Shown piece after piece: positions 25,901 through 37,724 of a stretch of DNA of 64,000 nt. The stretch comes from Raillietiella orientalis (Eukaryota): assembly GCA_036172245.1 (NCBI GenBank), contig JAYWIR010000032.1, forward strand, positions 2,480,001 through 2,544,000. Reading direction: 5' to 3'. Position 1 is the stretch's first letter, and each line of letters starts with the position of its first letter. Position numbers and translations under genes: made by a program. Under the pieces are notes generated by a model. That model did no database searches. It saw only the letters and a list, made by a program, of their open reading frames with translations, and had not been told where the DNA came from.

Positions 25901-28900
25901 TCGCGGGAGCTTTTGCTCGACGTGGCTTTTGGCGTTCGCTGAGGTCACCGCCAGCTAACCGTCTTTGCTGTGGCCTCTCTTGCCCGCACCTCTGCAGCCC
26001 TGACCTCGAACGCGCCGACTCGCGACTGTGAAGTCATGCCTCCGCCACAGTCGCTTTCGCCCGCTCCGTTGCAGCTCCCGCCTATCCCCCTCGCGCCACC
26101 ATGCGCGCGCGCGCCGCTCCCTTCTCTTCCGGGACCACACTGAACCTCTCCCAAGTGCGCGCGTCCCAACCCTCCTCCATTCCTCCTGCGCTCCCCTGTG
26201 ATGCGGAGGGACGACCCAACCACTCACGTTCATAGGCGCATTCACGTCCTCGCCCTTCTGCAGGAGGACGGAGACCACGTTGGCGTGCCCCCTTTGGGCG
26301 GCGATGTGTAGGCCGCGGGCGCCGTCCTGGAGAGGGAGATGCCGCAGTAGAGGGTCCGCCTTCCGTGGCGGTCACCGGGGGGAGCCGGTCACCTTGTTGG
26401 GCATCGACATCGGGACGCCCCTCCGCAGGAGGGCGAGTGCAACCTCTGGGTGCCCGTTGGCGCACGCCAGGTGCAGCAGCGTGTTGCCATCTTTCGTGCG
26501 GTGCGTCACGCTGGCCTTAAACTTGTCTGCCAGCAGCTCGATGGCGCCCGCGTGGCCGCCTTCCGCCGCCAGGTGGATCGGCGCCCGACCTGTGGACCTC
26601 GGTCGTCTCACGTGTCCTTTCGGCGCGGCGCGGGATGTACCTTTTCGGTCCAGCGCGTTGGCGCCGGCGCGGCAGGAGAAGAGAAACCTCAGCAGCGGCT
26701 CGTCCCCGTGGGCAGCGGCGATGTGGACGACAGACTGCCCTTCCGCCTGGAGAGTCCGCACGCCCGAGGAGAGGGCGGCGGCGGTCACCGTCCTTCTGCG
26801 TCAAGCGCGCCTGCACTCACGTTTGGCTTGTCCACATCGCCCCCGTGGTCCACCAGCAGCTTCACCATCTCCAGGTCTTTCCGCCGGGCCGCCAGGTGCA
26901 GCGCCGTGTCCTCGGAGGCGCCGACGGTGGCGGAGATCTGCTCTTCCGCGGAGGCGCTCAGCAGCTCCTTGCTGACCCCCAGATTGCCGGCCTGCACCGC
27001 CAGGATCAGCGGGACGCGCCCTTCCTGGAGAGGATGCCCTTCAGCCGTACCGCCCGCTCTCCGGCGGAGGTCTCGTGGGCGCCACCACCTCCCTTGCTTC
27101 CTCCCTTCCCTGGCCCGCGGGGCCGACTCGGCTCTCGTCCGTTCCGGAGAGGGTGGGATCAGACACCCTTGGGGGTCGAAGGTTTCTGGATTTCTCACCA
27201 CTCCCGCCAGCCGAGTCTTCCTGCCTCCGCAAAGGTCCATACTCACACTAGGATCACCCTGTTCCGCCCAGGTCGCTCCGTTTCCACGAGGTCAAATCCC
27301 CAGGAGAGACGGTCCAAGAATGCCCTGCAGGCCCAGCGCGCGAGCGACCTTCCTCCCTGGTTCCGCACCCCCAGCTTCCGAGGGGTCGAGATCAGGGGAT
27401 CAGTCTTCCCTTCGGCTCTGCGGGAGCAAGGGCAGAGAGGGCCGGGAGACTCCCTTTCGAGCCTCTCTGCCTCTTCCGGGCACTTCCCGAGACCTCGCCG
27501 CAACCGCGGCCGACCCCGCCTGCTTTCTCGTCCCGCTTGGAGATGGCGCCTCACGTCCGTATGCGCGTTGTCGTGGACCTTTCCGAGTCCTCCGGGAAAG
27601 GCAGACAACCTCCCTCACCCCTGGGACGACCTCGTCCCAGCCCTGACCTTGTCTTTCAGGAGGCGACCTTCCTTGGTCGCTTGCAGTAGAGGCTTGGCCA
27701 GGGAGCCCGGGGTGCTGATGCTGCGTCCGCAGAGGAGGTGCAGGGGCGCCTGCTGGTGGACCTGCAAGTGAAGGGTCAAAGTGATGCAGGGACCCGCATC
27801 TCCCTCTATTCCCCTCCAGCTCCCACTCATTCCTGCCCTCATCTTGCTTGCCTCCCTCATTTGCTGCGCAACGGCGGCCCGCATTTTCCCCCGCGTTCCA
27901 GGTGCCCTCAGCTTCCGGGAAAAACATGGAAGGGGGGAGCAAGCAGCTTTTCTCTCCCTCCTTCCCTTCTCCCTGAGCCCGTCCCGCGGGACCGTTGACA
28001 CACCGCACTAGGCTGGACACACCCGGTCGCCGCTCGGCGACCCGCGCGAGCCAGTCGGGGGAGTCCCTCCTTCCGGGGTTATCCGGAGACCGGAGGACGC
28101 AGATCAGCTCCTCGAGAACACGGGAAGCGCCTCTCCACTCCCCGCTTCCTTGCTCGATCCAGGCTCCTCCTCCCCCTCCCACCCGCTCGCGCCTAGCGCC
28201 CGGTTGCCCCGCCGTTGCGGAGACTCCACTCTTCATCTTTGCCGTGGGGTAACCACGACCCCCCCCGCTTTTCATCACCGCTTCTGTCCCTTTGGGATTC
28301 CTCGCCGCCTCCCTCGCTGCGATACCACAGCGACGGAGGTTTCCCAAGATAACTGCCCCAGGTGGATTCCTCTCTAGGAGCCCCTCCCCCAGTGCCCGCC
28401 TCCCTTCCTCCCCGAACTCTCCATGGAGACAGTCGCAGGAGGAAGGAAGGGGCGACTCTTCGGCTGCTGTCCGGAACGGAGGGAGCGAAGAATCCCAAGC
28501 GGCCTGCGGCGCGAAGGAGGCGCCCACCCCCACCCCCTTCTTCTCCCTCTTGTGGCCGTCGTGCGGCAGCAGGTTTGATGACTCCCCTCCCATTTCCCTT
28601 TCCCCCGCACTCACCCCTCCAGTGGCGTTGGGGTCCGCTTTCCTGTTCAGCAGCAACCGGATGGTCTCCTCCCTGCTGTGGATTGCCGCCAAGTGGAGCG
28701 CCGTGTAGTCTTCCTGGATTCCGAGACAGGGAGGGAGGCGAAAAGGAGAGGAAGGATGTTATCTTCGTTTGTTCCTCCTCCCCCCTCCCTCCCTCCCAGG
28801 AAAGCAAATGCAGTAACAGGAAGTGGGGTGCAGGCAAGAGCGCCCAGGCTCTCCGTGCCCTCCAGACCACTCTACCCAAGGTGCCATCCCGAAGGCGCCC

Positions 28901-31900
28901 GACGCGGCGACCCAAGCACGGCACGGAGGTGCTTCCTCCGAAGCCACTCCTCATGCCTTTTCCCGTTCATCTTTCCTCCTCTCCGCCCCAGAAACGGTGT
29001 GGGAAAACCCAGGGGAGACGCCTTCCTCCCCCCTCCCCCACGTCGCATGCGATCCGTCTCAGAGGGCGACGAAGCGCAAAGCAGAACAGCCGGAACTCAC
29101 GGCGGCAACCTCCGCCGTTGGCGCGATCGCAATCGCGGCTTTTGGATTCCGAGATTTCCTCTTGTCCTTCCATCATCCCGCCGCAGCTTGGATTCGGCCG
29201 ACTGTGGCTGGCCGTCGCGCCTCCTCGACATACCAGCTCTGCGCGCGCGCCCACCAGTCGATATACCACGCACCTGCATGTGTATGCATGAATGCATATA
29301 GGTGCACATGGGCACACCTCTTTGCATGTACACCTGTATGCATTCGTGTGCTAATAAACATGCATTTTGCACCCCTATTTGTTAGCATCGGATTCCGGAA
29401 CTTTCCCTTTACCATGATTGCATAAAAGTACTCTACAGCGTTTTTAATGCAACTGCATAATGGCTATTGCACCCTCGGAAGTATCGTAAATAATAACGAG
29501 CTCATGTGTTCATGACACAGCTTCTAATGTACTGGGAACTGTAACTCGGAGTAACCAGCACAGACGCAAGTATCTAGCCGCGCTGATAAAGAGCTCGATA
29601 AGCCTAACGGCTGTTTTTCCTCGGGTGAGAAGGGAAGTGGGGTTGCCAGGGTGCCCGCCTAGGCTTGCGGGCAACAATGCCCGCCGACGCGCATTCGGAA
29701 CGGCGGCGAGTTCGTTCCGGAGAAAAATTCCGAAAAATCCATTAGTGGTCTTCCGGTCACGTCGCATTTGGAGTCCAAGCGCCGGACCGCTTTTCCTGCT
29801 GTTCCACTGTCGTTCTCGTACTAATTTGCGTCTCTTCAAGTTCAACATCCATCGGCTGGAAGTGATACCCAGGGAGAGACGGGGGGGGGGGGGGACGAAG
29901 AATGTAGGAAAGCACATGCCCGCAGGTGAGAAAAGACGTTTTTCTAAGCAAAGATTGAGTGCACAGTGTTGAGTGTGCGTGAATGCTTCGAGCATCCAAC
30001 GATTCTATGCTGTTCTGTGTACACATGCTCACCCTGCACTTGAACCCGAACGTTCCGGAATCAGATTTTGGCACAAAGGATCCAAAGCTTCTCCCTGTAC
30101 CCAGTTTCTCTTTGATCTTTTTGTTACAGGCTGTCTTTGCAAACTTTAAGACGACCCATCACAGAAGGACTTACGCAAATGTTTTTCATTTTCGTCTATG
30201 CCCTGGGCGTTACACATTTGTTTCATTGAAGAAGCTGAGTGCTTTGCTCTCGAGTCAGCCTTGTGCTTCCCGGATCGGAAACTTTCAGCCGCCGGTGGGC
30301 CCCAGGCCTCGCCGCCCTCCCATGACAGCAGTTTCGAAGGAACAGACGCCACCACCTCCCTCCCTTCCCCGGCTAGCGGGAGAAACCGCAAAAAAATCTC
30401 TGTCGGAGAGCTGACTGCTTAATGTAGTCATTCAGGAAGGTGCTAACACCGCATGACGACGCAGACTCCTTGAGAACCACTCCGATAGCTAGGATGGCTG
30501 TTCTTCTCTAGATGTCATCCTCCCTCAGGCCATTTCTCCTGCCCAATCAAAAGTCTGCGCAGACCTTCAAGGGGTGCTTCTTCTGGAGAGTGACACTTGG
30601 CAGGAGATCCTCCGACTATCCCTCTCTCCTGCGAGTCTCACAAAAGCACAAGCGAACTCTAGGATAATGAGAGATGAAGAATGAGAAAGTGAAGGTGCCT
30701 AAAAACCGAGCCTCGAAGACATCACGTTCTGCAGAGAGTCCTTCCCAAGAACCGGCTTACCGCAGATGTTTCGGCCGCTTTTTGAGAGAACCGGGTTCCA
30801 TGCACGTTTAAGGCTATCCTCACCTGAGAGAAGCTTGGGGCAACGATCCGGAAGCGAGCAAAGATGTTTTCGGAATGGCGGTGTTCTCATCTCTGCACTA
30901 GTAGTTGTTTGCGGAAGGCCCGGCTTTGGACAGGCGCGCCGGTTCTCCGAAACGTGCTCCCTCCCATCTCCCCTCCAGACACACCAGATCGTCTAAATGA
31001 GACAGCGCGCCCGATTCTTCACCTGTGTTCAGGTCAGTGTTCGATTCGTAACCGCGTACACATCCTCGTTCGCGTCCCTTGTTCCCCACATTCAAGTCCA
31101 CCCACATGAGTCCTCAGGAGCGTCTGTCTCCACGAGTTCCGTGTGTATGCATCTGTTCACGTTCACATCTAAGGTCTCCCTGCGTCTGCGTCCACATGGA
31201 GGCACGAGTCTTTTGATACTTCTCTGCGTGGACAAACCATTCATCCTTCCCCGTTTACCGTAAAAGTGCTTGTTGCATAGACGGTAAACGAAGGGTTTCC
31301 GCGAGGGTCAAGGGACCACTGCCATCGATTCTCGAAGCTCGATCGCAGGGTCGGTGTGTCTCCCCTGATTCCTGGAGGCGTTTCCTTAGGCAAAGAGAAC
31401 CCTGTTGGAAGCGGGCGGATTGGACGCTCAAGGTTGCCATCAAGTCAACGACCGTGCTGCGACCACTGTCATACGTGCTGAGGTTGCAATGGTAGTGTTG
31501 GAAAAGGAGAGTAAGGGGAGAAGAGAAAGGGGACAGGGCGTAGGCACGGCTCACCTGGTTCCTAGCGTGGATGTTGCTTCCGAGGGCAAGCATTCTCTCA
31601 GCAAGGCTGACCTTGTTTTCCATGACGGCGAGCATCAGGGGAGTCAACTTCGTGACCTGGGAGATGTGAGCATTGTCAGAGCGCTCGAAGAGGATCTCGT
31701 CCCACCCACTTTTTTCCCCTGGTAAATAGGCGTCCCTGGGAACTGGAAGAGGAGCGAGCACACAGATCTGAGGAAACGGCAGCGACATTTCTAGAAAGAG
31801 GCGCCTCCTTCCATGAAAGAAAAAGCGCACCTCCCTACAGGGAGAGACCCATAGTTTGCTCCAGAGGGCTGAATGCCCCGCCAAGGACGAGTTTGTCTCC

Positions 31901-33132
31901 AAGACAACCGAAGCTCCTGTCCCCCGGTCTCCCCGAGAGCCGGGATTGCCTCTGCCACTTTCGTAGCACTGTTTCTGGAAGGACGGAGCCACGTTCTTCA
32001 AGAGCCGTTGGCACAGTCGCGGAAGCAAAGCGTAGGGAGAGAGGGGACATTCCGAAGTCTTGAGCACAATCTGAAGCAAGTTCAGGAGGAGAAAATGGGC
32101 GGGGAACATAGAGTCAAGTTCTCCGAGGCACCGAATGAGGAGGAGGAGGTGGAATTGATGCTTGCTGCCGCTCCGCATTCCTAGATGACCTCCCTTCCTG
32201 ATCCTGCAGTTCGGGAAGGGAGGGATGCCGGGAGTTGGCTGGACTGGGGAAAGGATCAAGGGAAGAAAAAATAAGACTCGTCCGCCATGTTTGCCTCAGA
32301 TTCAACCTCGAGGCTTCCGACTGATGCGAGGGATCCCTGAAGTCCCTGGCTCGGCCGTCTAGGAGCTGCGGCCGAAACTCCCGGCTGGAGGCGAAGTGGT
32401 GGTGGAGGGAAGAGCGAAAGCAAGAAGACTCGGGAGTTGCGGGGTCGATCTGGGCGGAGAAGGGCACTCGGAGGCCGAGGATGGTCAGACCCGTGTGCTG
32501 AGCAAGCGAGGGAGAAGCAAGCGGACGTTCTCAGATGCGGAAGCGTGAAGAAGCCAGCGGGCGCCTACCTCGTCGAAGACGTCCGCTAGAGTCGCTGCAC
32601 CCCCTCCAGCCTGCTCGAGAGTCTTCAGAGCGTTCTCTGCTGCATGCCACTCTCCCCTTTGGCAGAGATGGAGGAACCTCTTGCACTGGGCATCCGTAGC
32701 GTCCGTTCTCTCTCCCCTGGCTGCTGTCGCCGCCGTCTTCTCGCCCTGTGCTCCCGAGGAGGTCTCGCCCACTTGCGGAGCATCTTCCTCTCCGTCCTCC
32801 CTTGCTGGGTGGGTTGCTGGGTCGGGGTCTCCCTCCGACTCCTTTTGGAGGGTAGGAGATGTCTTGCTGGGGACAGCCTTCCTCAGGACGCCCAAGTGAA
32901 ACCGAGGCTTCTTGCTGACCACCGTGCATGGCAGGTCGTCGGGAGGGTCTTCCCAGCCATCACCACGAAGGCCTTCCCCTGACTCCTCCTTTGGTGGTGA
33001 CCTCGAGGAGCAAACAGGAACCCGAGAAAGCGCAGGAGAAGACCGCTCCCCTCTCCTCCGAGGAGAGGCAACTCCGCCTGCTGGGTTGCCGCCGTTCCTG
33101 CGCGACCTCCGGGCTCTCCTGTCCGGCTCCAT
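17199..33132 (-). CDS. nompC: TRPN/NompC mechanosensitive TRP channel, complete 25-exon gene (~1795 aa; long ankyrin-repeat array, 6 TM segments, TRP box)
   Basis: Exons (minus strand, all GT-AG, phases consistent): 32569-33132, 31555-31656, 28615-28713, 27648-27761, 26821-27024, 26641-26746, 26393-26589, 26228-26326, 25490-25583, 25235-25443, 24935-25189, 24412-24831, 24101-24301, 22119-22328, 21690-22040, 21419-21616, 19750-19956, 19555-19686, 19262-19432, 18836-19210, 18426-18765, 18150-18364, 17739-17874, 17507-17662, 17199-17431 (5388 nt). Spliced product is colinear with Drosophila NOMPC as I recall it: DTALHLAARRKD, IELLADKFKAS, DGNTCAHIA, LDFLSFHHLFGPWAIII, LINLLIAMMSDTYQRIQ, EWKFGLAKLIRNM. 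Confidence 0.96.
21419..22328 (-). CDS. nompC: NompC exons 14-16 (ankyrin repeats)
   Basis: 22119-22328, 21690-22040, 21419-21616; DGNTCAHIA, GLTPLHLAAFSGNE, GRTGLHMAAAEGH. Confidence 0.95.
23052..23176 (+). promoter_or_regulatory. Cluster of Su(H)/CSL-type sites in NompC intron 13
   Basis: TGTGGGAA 23052-23059, GGTGGGAA 23096-23103, CGTGGGAA 23169-23176 (consensus YGTGRGAA). Confidence 0.35.
23335..23349. promoter_or_regulatory. RFX X-box in NompC intron 13
   Basis: GTAACC CAG GGCAAC, exact match to GTNRCC-N0-3-RGYAAC. Confidence 0.5.
24101..25583 (-). CDS. nompC: NompC exons 9-13 (ankyrin repeats)
   Basis: 25490-25583, 25235-25443, 24935-25189, 24412-24831, 24101-24301; NGFTPLH, ETPLHL, GWSALMLAARHGH, KQTPLHLAA, KQTPIHLAAQNNHS. 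Confidence 0.95.
26228..27024 (-). CDS. nompC: NompC exons 5-8 (ankyrin repeats)
   Basis: 26821-27024, 26641-26746, 26393-26589, 26228-26326; EGRVPLILAV, DTALHLAARR, GQSVVHIAAA, APIHLAAEGGH, DGARGLHIAA. Confidence 0.95.
27648..27761 (-). CDS. nompC: NompC exon 4
   Basis: cag|VHQQAPLHLLCGRSISTPGSLAKPLLQATKEGRLLKDK|gtcagg. Confidence 0.9.
28615..28713 (-). CDS. nompC: NompC exon 3
   Basis: cag|EDYTALHLAAIHSREETIRLLLNRKADPNATGG|gtgagt. Confidence 0.93.
31555..31656 (-). CDS. nompC: NompC exon 2
   Basis: cag|VTKLTPLMLAVMENKVSLAERMLALGSNIHARNQ|gtgag. Confidence 0.92.
32569..33132 (-). CDS. nompC: NompC exon 1 (disordered N-terminus and start of ankyrin region)
   Basis: MEPDRR...FLHLCQRGEWHAAENALKTLE...DVFDE|gtaggc; start ATG less certain than the 3' end. 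Confidence 0.8.
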
Positions 33133-33192
33133 CACTGCACTGCCTCTGCGAGGGAGGTCCCTCCCGTGCCTTTCCTGCTTCCCCTCCGGCGG

Positions 33193-33209
33193 GCGCGCGC
33201 GCGCGCGCG
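33193..33209. repeat. (GC)8 tract just upstream of the NompC ATG
   Basis: gcgcgcgcgcgcgcgcg, ~60 bp 5' of the ATG on the minus strand. Confidence 0.9.
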
Positions 33210-33912
33210 AGGGAGTATCGACCAAGCGGCCCAGTGGGGGGAACCCCTCGCAGTGGTGCCTCACGCGAGCGGGCGCGATTCTCTTGAGTCACGCGAGGAG
33301 CCGGAGGGCTGCGCTCTCGGGGTAGGTGCTCCCCTACCAGATCCCCTTATCCTTTCCCTTCCTGCTTCACTCGAGACGCCGAGAGCGCGGACGGAGGAAG
33401 ACTCCTGCGGCTGGAGGGAATCTGACCTGCTGCGAGCCCGCAACAGGCAGCGCGTGCACTCCGCGGTAGGTGCTGGCAAGGTACAGAAGGAAAGAAAGAA
33501 AAATTCGATCGCTCTCCCCCTCGCTCCCTACCCCTCCTCATCTAGTCTCTACGAGGGGAGCCCAGTCAGAGGATAGGAGAAGGAGGGGGTCTCGCGGAAG
33601 GGGAGACGGATGGACCGTCTCTCTTCCGCGAGCTCAAGGGGAGGCAAGTCGTGGCAACCCTGCTGCAGGACTTCACGGCATCGAGCGCCCTGGGCATCGA
33701 GCATGGGGCGAGTCGGACGCCGCCTCCAAAACGAACCCCACTCTTGTGGGGAGGAAAGGGAGCTGAGGGACTCGAGAGACGCGCCGGTCTCACTTCTCAG
33801 AAGCCCCCTGTCCTAGGGGGGATCGCAGAGAACTTCAGAGGAGATGGGATCGTGCTGGTCTTGCTTTTCTAGGGAAGCAGCGATAACCGCACCCTCTGTT
33901 GGCGTGGAACTC

Positions 33913-34372
33913 TTCAAGATAGGGGGAACCCCGGGAGGGGACTACCCTATGAATCCAGGAAGTGCTCGAAGTCCATTCCTCTCACGCCTGGGAGGGATCA
34001 CCGAAGGGAACCCTCCGCTCTGGTTGTCTCCGAAAGCAACACCAAAGGGAACCACTTGTTTCTCATTCTCTCTGGAGTGATCCCTGGACTGGGCCGCTCC
34101 TTGTCCTCCTTTGAAGACAACCTCGAAGGACGCTTCCCAATTTCTCTGGGGGGCGATCCCTGGAGAGAGTAGCGCGCTTCTTGCACTCTGGAGAGATCCC
34201 AACCAGCTATATGGCACTCGATGAAGAGTCGAGAGGGGAGGGGGGACTTTTCCTTTGCACAATCGGAGGGGAACCCTGAAGGAAACCGGTGCTCTTTGAT
34301 TCAGTTTACTAGAAGGGTCCCAGAGGATCGACTCCCAATCCCAGCCACTCATCCGGGGTATCCAGCTTTATC
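33913..34372 (+). repeat. Diverged dispersed repeat, copy A
   Basis: Aligns by eye to 42688-43230: ttcaagatag...ccgggaggggactaccctatgaatccaggaagtgctcgaagtccattcctctca...cagaggatcgactcccaatc. Confidence 0.8.
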
Positions 34373-35693
34373 AACTACGAGGGCCGCACTCAGATGCAGG
34401 CCAACCAACGTCATCCTGAGGAAGAAACTCGAACCTACGACGCACCCATTTCACTCTGGCATCGATCCTTCCCCTGTCAGGATTCGGACCCGTGACGCGT
34501 GATGCCGTTCTTGGAGACCACAGCCATGAGGATTCCGATGTTCTGGGGAGGTGAGGACGGGAAAAAGAGAAAGGGGTAGGAGTCCTTTCGTCCAGCTGGG
34601 AGTCCCCATTTCGTGGAGGCCTTTCGCTGCCCTGGGCTGGTTCCACCCACGAGAGGGATCCTCCCCCAGCCGAAGACGGCTCCACGCTCCCGTACTGTCC
34701 CGAAGGGGAGTCACAGGAGACTCGCCCGACACGAAAGTCCCAGGGATGCGTCCCCATGAGGACTGCGGTGGGGACACCCCTAGACTCTTCGAGACCATAG
34801 GGAGAAAGTCTTCCGGAAATTCCAGGGAAATTCCTGACAGCGTCCGACTGGGCTCCCGCACTCTCAGCCCCAGTGAGCGCACGGTCAGCGGATCTCTGAA
34901 AACGGCGCGAGCGCGCAAACGGCAGCCACCTGTCTCACAGAAAACGACCGTCCCCATTTTTAGGAAATCTGGGTCGCCGCCGCCGTCCTCCCGTGCTACT
35001 GAGGCAGCCGCCTCTGTCGGCAGGACCGCCCAAGGGCGCGAGCTGCCCTGGAGGTCGGGGCTGGCTGACCGCGCGCGGGAGTCGCCAATAAAGGGACCGG
35101 TCCGGTCGTGCCCGCCTGCTTAAGGTACGCGCGCGCCCCGGGAGCGGACGGCCTTCACGTGACGCGGCAACCGGACGATGAGCAGCCTACGTGCGGTGAG
35201 TCTTTGCCTCGGTGCGCTCGCGGCGGCGGCGCTGCTGGTGGCCTCCACCAGGAGAAGGGGGTAGACCTCGGCAGCAGGATCCGTCTGCGGGTAGGGGGAG
35301 TGGTCTCCACAGGGACTCGCAAGGATGACGGCCCCCCCTCCCTCTCCCTTGACTTCAGCACGACTGACTCCTAGGACATCCCGGAAGTCACGCGTCCCGG
35401 CCTCCGAGAAGGAAGCCAGAAAGTCGGGATGCGTCTCCGGGAAACCGCGCCTCCGAGAGTGCTCTTCATTCGCTTGCCCAGCGACGAGCCCGAACCATCG
35501 TGGCTGCCGGCGTTGCGAGAGGAAGAGACCCTCGGGGGGGGGGACAAATGTCCAGCAAAGACCAGCGGCAGCAGCGCGCGTGCGGACGGTGGCCCTGCCG
35601 ACTGAACCTTCCCTTGTGGTGGCCCGCCCAAGCCCTGCGCTGGCCTCCGGGTAAAGTGTGCATGCGTGTGCAGATGCCACTCCTTCCCCCTTC

Positions 35694-35714
35694 CAGCAGC
35701 AGCAGCAGCAGCAG
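35694..35714. repeat. (CAG)7 trinucleotide repeat
   Basis: Directly visible. Confidence 0.85.
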
Positions 35715-37111
35715 CAACGGCGGTAGCTCCCGGAAAGGGCGAAGAGAAGTCTCCCCGCTGCCCTGGGATGGGCTGGGGGATTCCTGCGACAGACCCGGAA
35801 GCACGGCAAGGACTGACGGCCGGTCGCTTCTAGATCCCCTGGGGACCCGCCAGCCCCTCCTCCCGAAAGGTCGGGCGACCTGAGTACCCCCTGCCGAAGT
35901 CGAGGGACCGCGCGCCTCCAGCGGGAGGCAGCCGCGAGAGGAAGGGGCAACGAGGAAGGAAGGGGCGCCTTCTGACCGGCTTATCTGGTCCGATCCCTGC
36001 CCTTGCTGCCGCCGCCGAGGCCCCTGCGGCTGCAGCGCGTATCTGATGGACGGCAGGAAGTCGCAGCGGCACCAGCAGCGATTTGTTCCCGGGTCGTTTG
36101 CATGCACGCGCGCGCAGGGGAGGGGGAGGGGGAAGGGGATGGCTGGGGGTGTGACGGCCGCTGCTTTGCCGGGCAACAGACCGCAAGCCACGCACGCACA
36201 CACACGCCCGCACGCACGCACGCACACACACGCACCCTGCAACGCCGTCGAAGCTGACAAATGGAAGCCGAGCCGCCGGCACGCGAGCGCCGAGGCGATG
36301 CCCGGCGGGACCCCACACCCAGGAGCCGCCGATGGGCGCCGTGCACGGCATGGTCGCACATCCAGGCCGGGGGACGAGCGCCCACTCACGGCTCCCTCCC
36401 TCCCTCCCTCCTCCCCTTCCAGGGCACCCCGCTCCCGCTCCGAGTCCGTGGTAGGGAAGACGGCGACCGGCCGGCTGGCCGACCTGCAGGGACGCGCGCG
36501 ACCCACTCGCCGGAGGCACTCGGACAAGCCAGGAAGCGGATATGGTCGCGCGCGCGGAGCAGGGCGGCAAGGAGAGGGGCGACGGTAACGGGTTCCCATG
36601 GCTGCGGCCGGCGGTGGTCCACAGTCGCCCTCCCGTTCCTTTCCTCCTCTTTCGGGAGGGCGCACCGGTTTCGTTTCCACGGTCACGCTGCCTCGGAAGG
36701 TGGGCTGCCCATTCGCGTCGAGCCCAAACTCTCAACTCCTACACGGCCCGATCTGGCCGCAATCCCGCCGGCCTCCCCTTCCGAGCTGCGAAGGGGCCGC
36801 ACCTTCAGCGGGGCTGCTTGGGGTGCCCGAGGAAGAAAGCCGGACCTCCAGTGCCCTCCAGGAGTCCCAGGAGAAACTCTCCTGGGACTTACAGGGTGCC
36901 GAGGCAGCGGCCGCCGGCGCCTCCGAGCGGTCATCCTTGGCAACGGTCGTCCCTCGCCGTTGGTCTCCGCAGGTCAAGAAGGTCGAATCCCTCGTAGCCT
37001 GGAGGAGGCCCCGCCCGCGGATCCACGCGGGGTTCTCTCAGCCCGCCGCCGTTCGCCTGGAAGCTGCTCGGGCGGCGGTGGAGGCATCGGTCCACGCTAT
37101 TTTTAAACGGC

Positions 37112-37125
37112 GTTGCCGGGGTAAC
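37112..37125. promoter_or_regulatory. RFX X-box
   Basis: GTTGCC GG GGTAAC, exact match to GTNRCC-N0-3-RGYAAC; lies between the divergent NompC and orphan genes. Confidence 0.55.
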
Positions 37126-37591
37126 TCCTGGTCTGCGGCCTCCTTCCGAGACACTCGCGGGGCCTCCTCCATATAAGGCGCGGCTGGGGAAGCCAGCGGG
37201 GGTGGTCTTCTTCCGGGTGCCGCGTGCGAGGAGAGGAAGGGGGAGGAGGCTTCGCCTCCATCTCCAGGGAAGGCTCGCGCGCGCGCAGCCCCTCGGGACC
37301 GGACCGCAGGGACTCACAGAGGCGGGAGGACAGGAGCGGCCTGCTCAGGAACTGGCTGACACTTTCCGGGGGAGGCGCTCGGGAGAGCTTCTTCCAGAAG
37401 GGAGCGGCGGGTAGTCGCTCCGGACGGGACCCGCCGTAGGCTCGTCGACGGGTGGAAAAGTCGGTCCGACTCCACCTGCCGTTCCTTCGGGCGACGCGGG
37501 AGGAAGGCCGCTGCGCCCGCGTCCGCTCTCCTCTCCCAGAGCTCTGCGCCCCCTTCCTCCCCCACTCCACCCCTTGCAAGCGGCCCCTTCC

Positions 37592-37599
37592 TATAAATA
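37592..37599 (+). promoter_or_regulatory. TATA box of the orphan secreted gene
   Basis: TATAAATA in otherwise very GC-rich DNA, with Inr-like GCAGTC ~25 bp downstream. Confidence 0.6.
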
Positions 37600-37724
37600 G
37601 ACTGTGCGCTGCTCAGCAGTCTCCGGCGGGGGCTAGCTCACCCTACCTGCCCTCCCTCCCGGCCCACGCTCCACCCGTGGGTCGGAGGAGCCCCACCTGC
37701 GTGCTGACCGCCGTCTCCTTGCAG

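Noticed and set aside
26450..27771. 398-aa and 378-aa plus-strand ORFs
   Set aside because: Antisense to NompC exons in GC-rich DNA where stops are rare
35120..37176. Long ORFs including 35466-36686 (406 aa)
   Set aside because: They run through microsatellites and G-tracts; composition artefact
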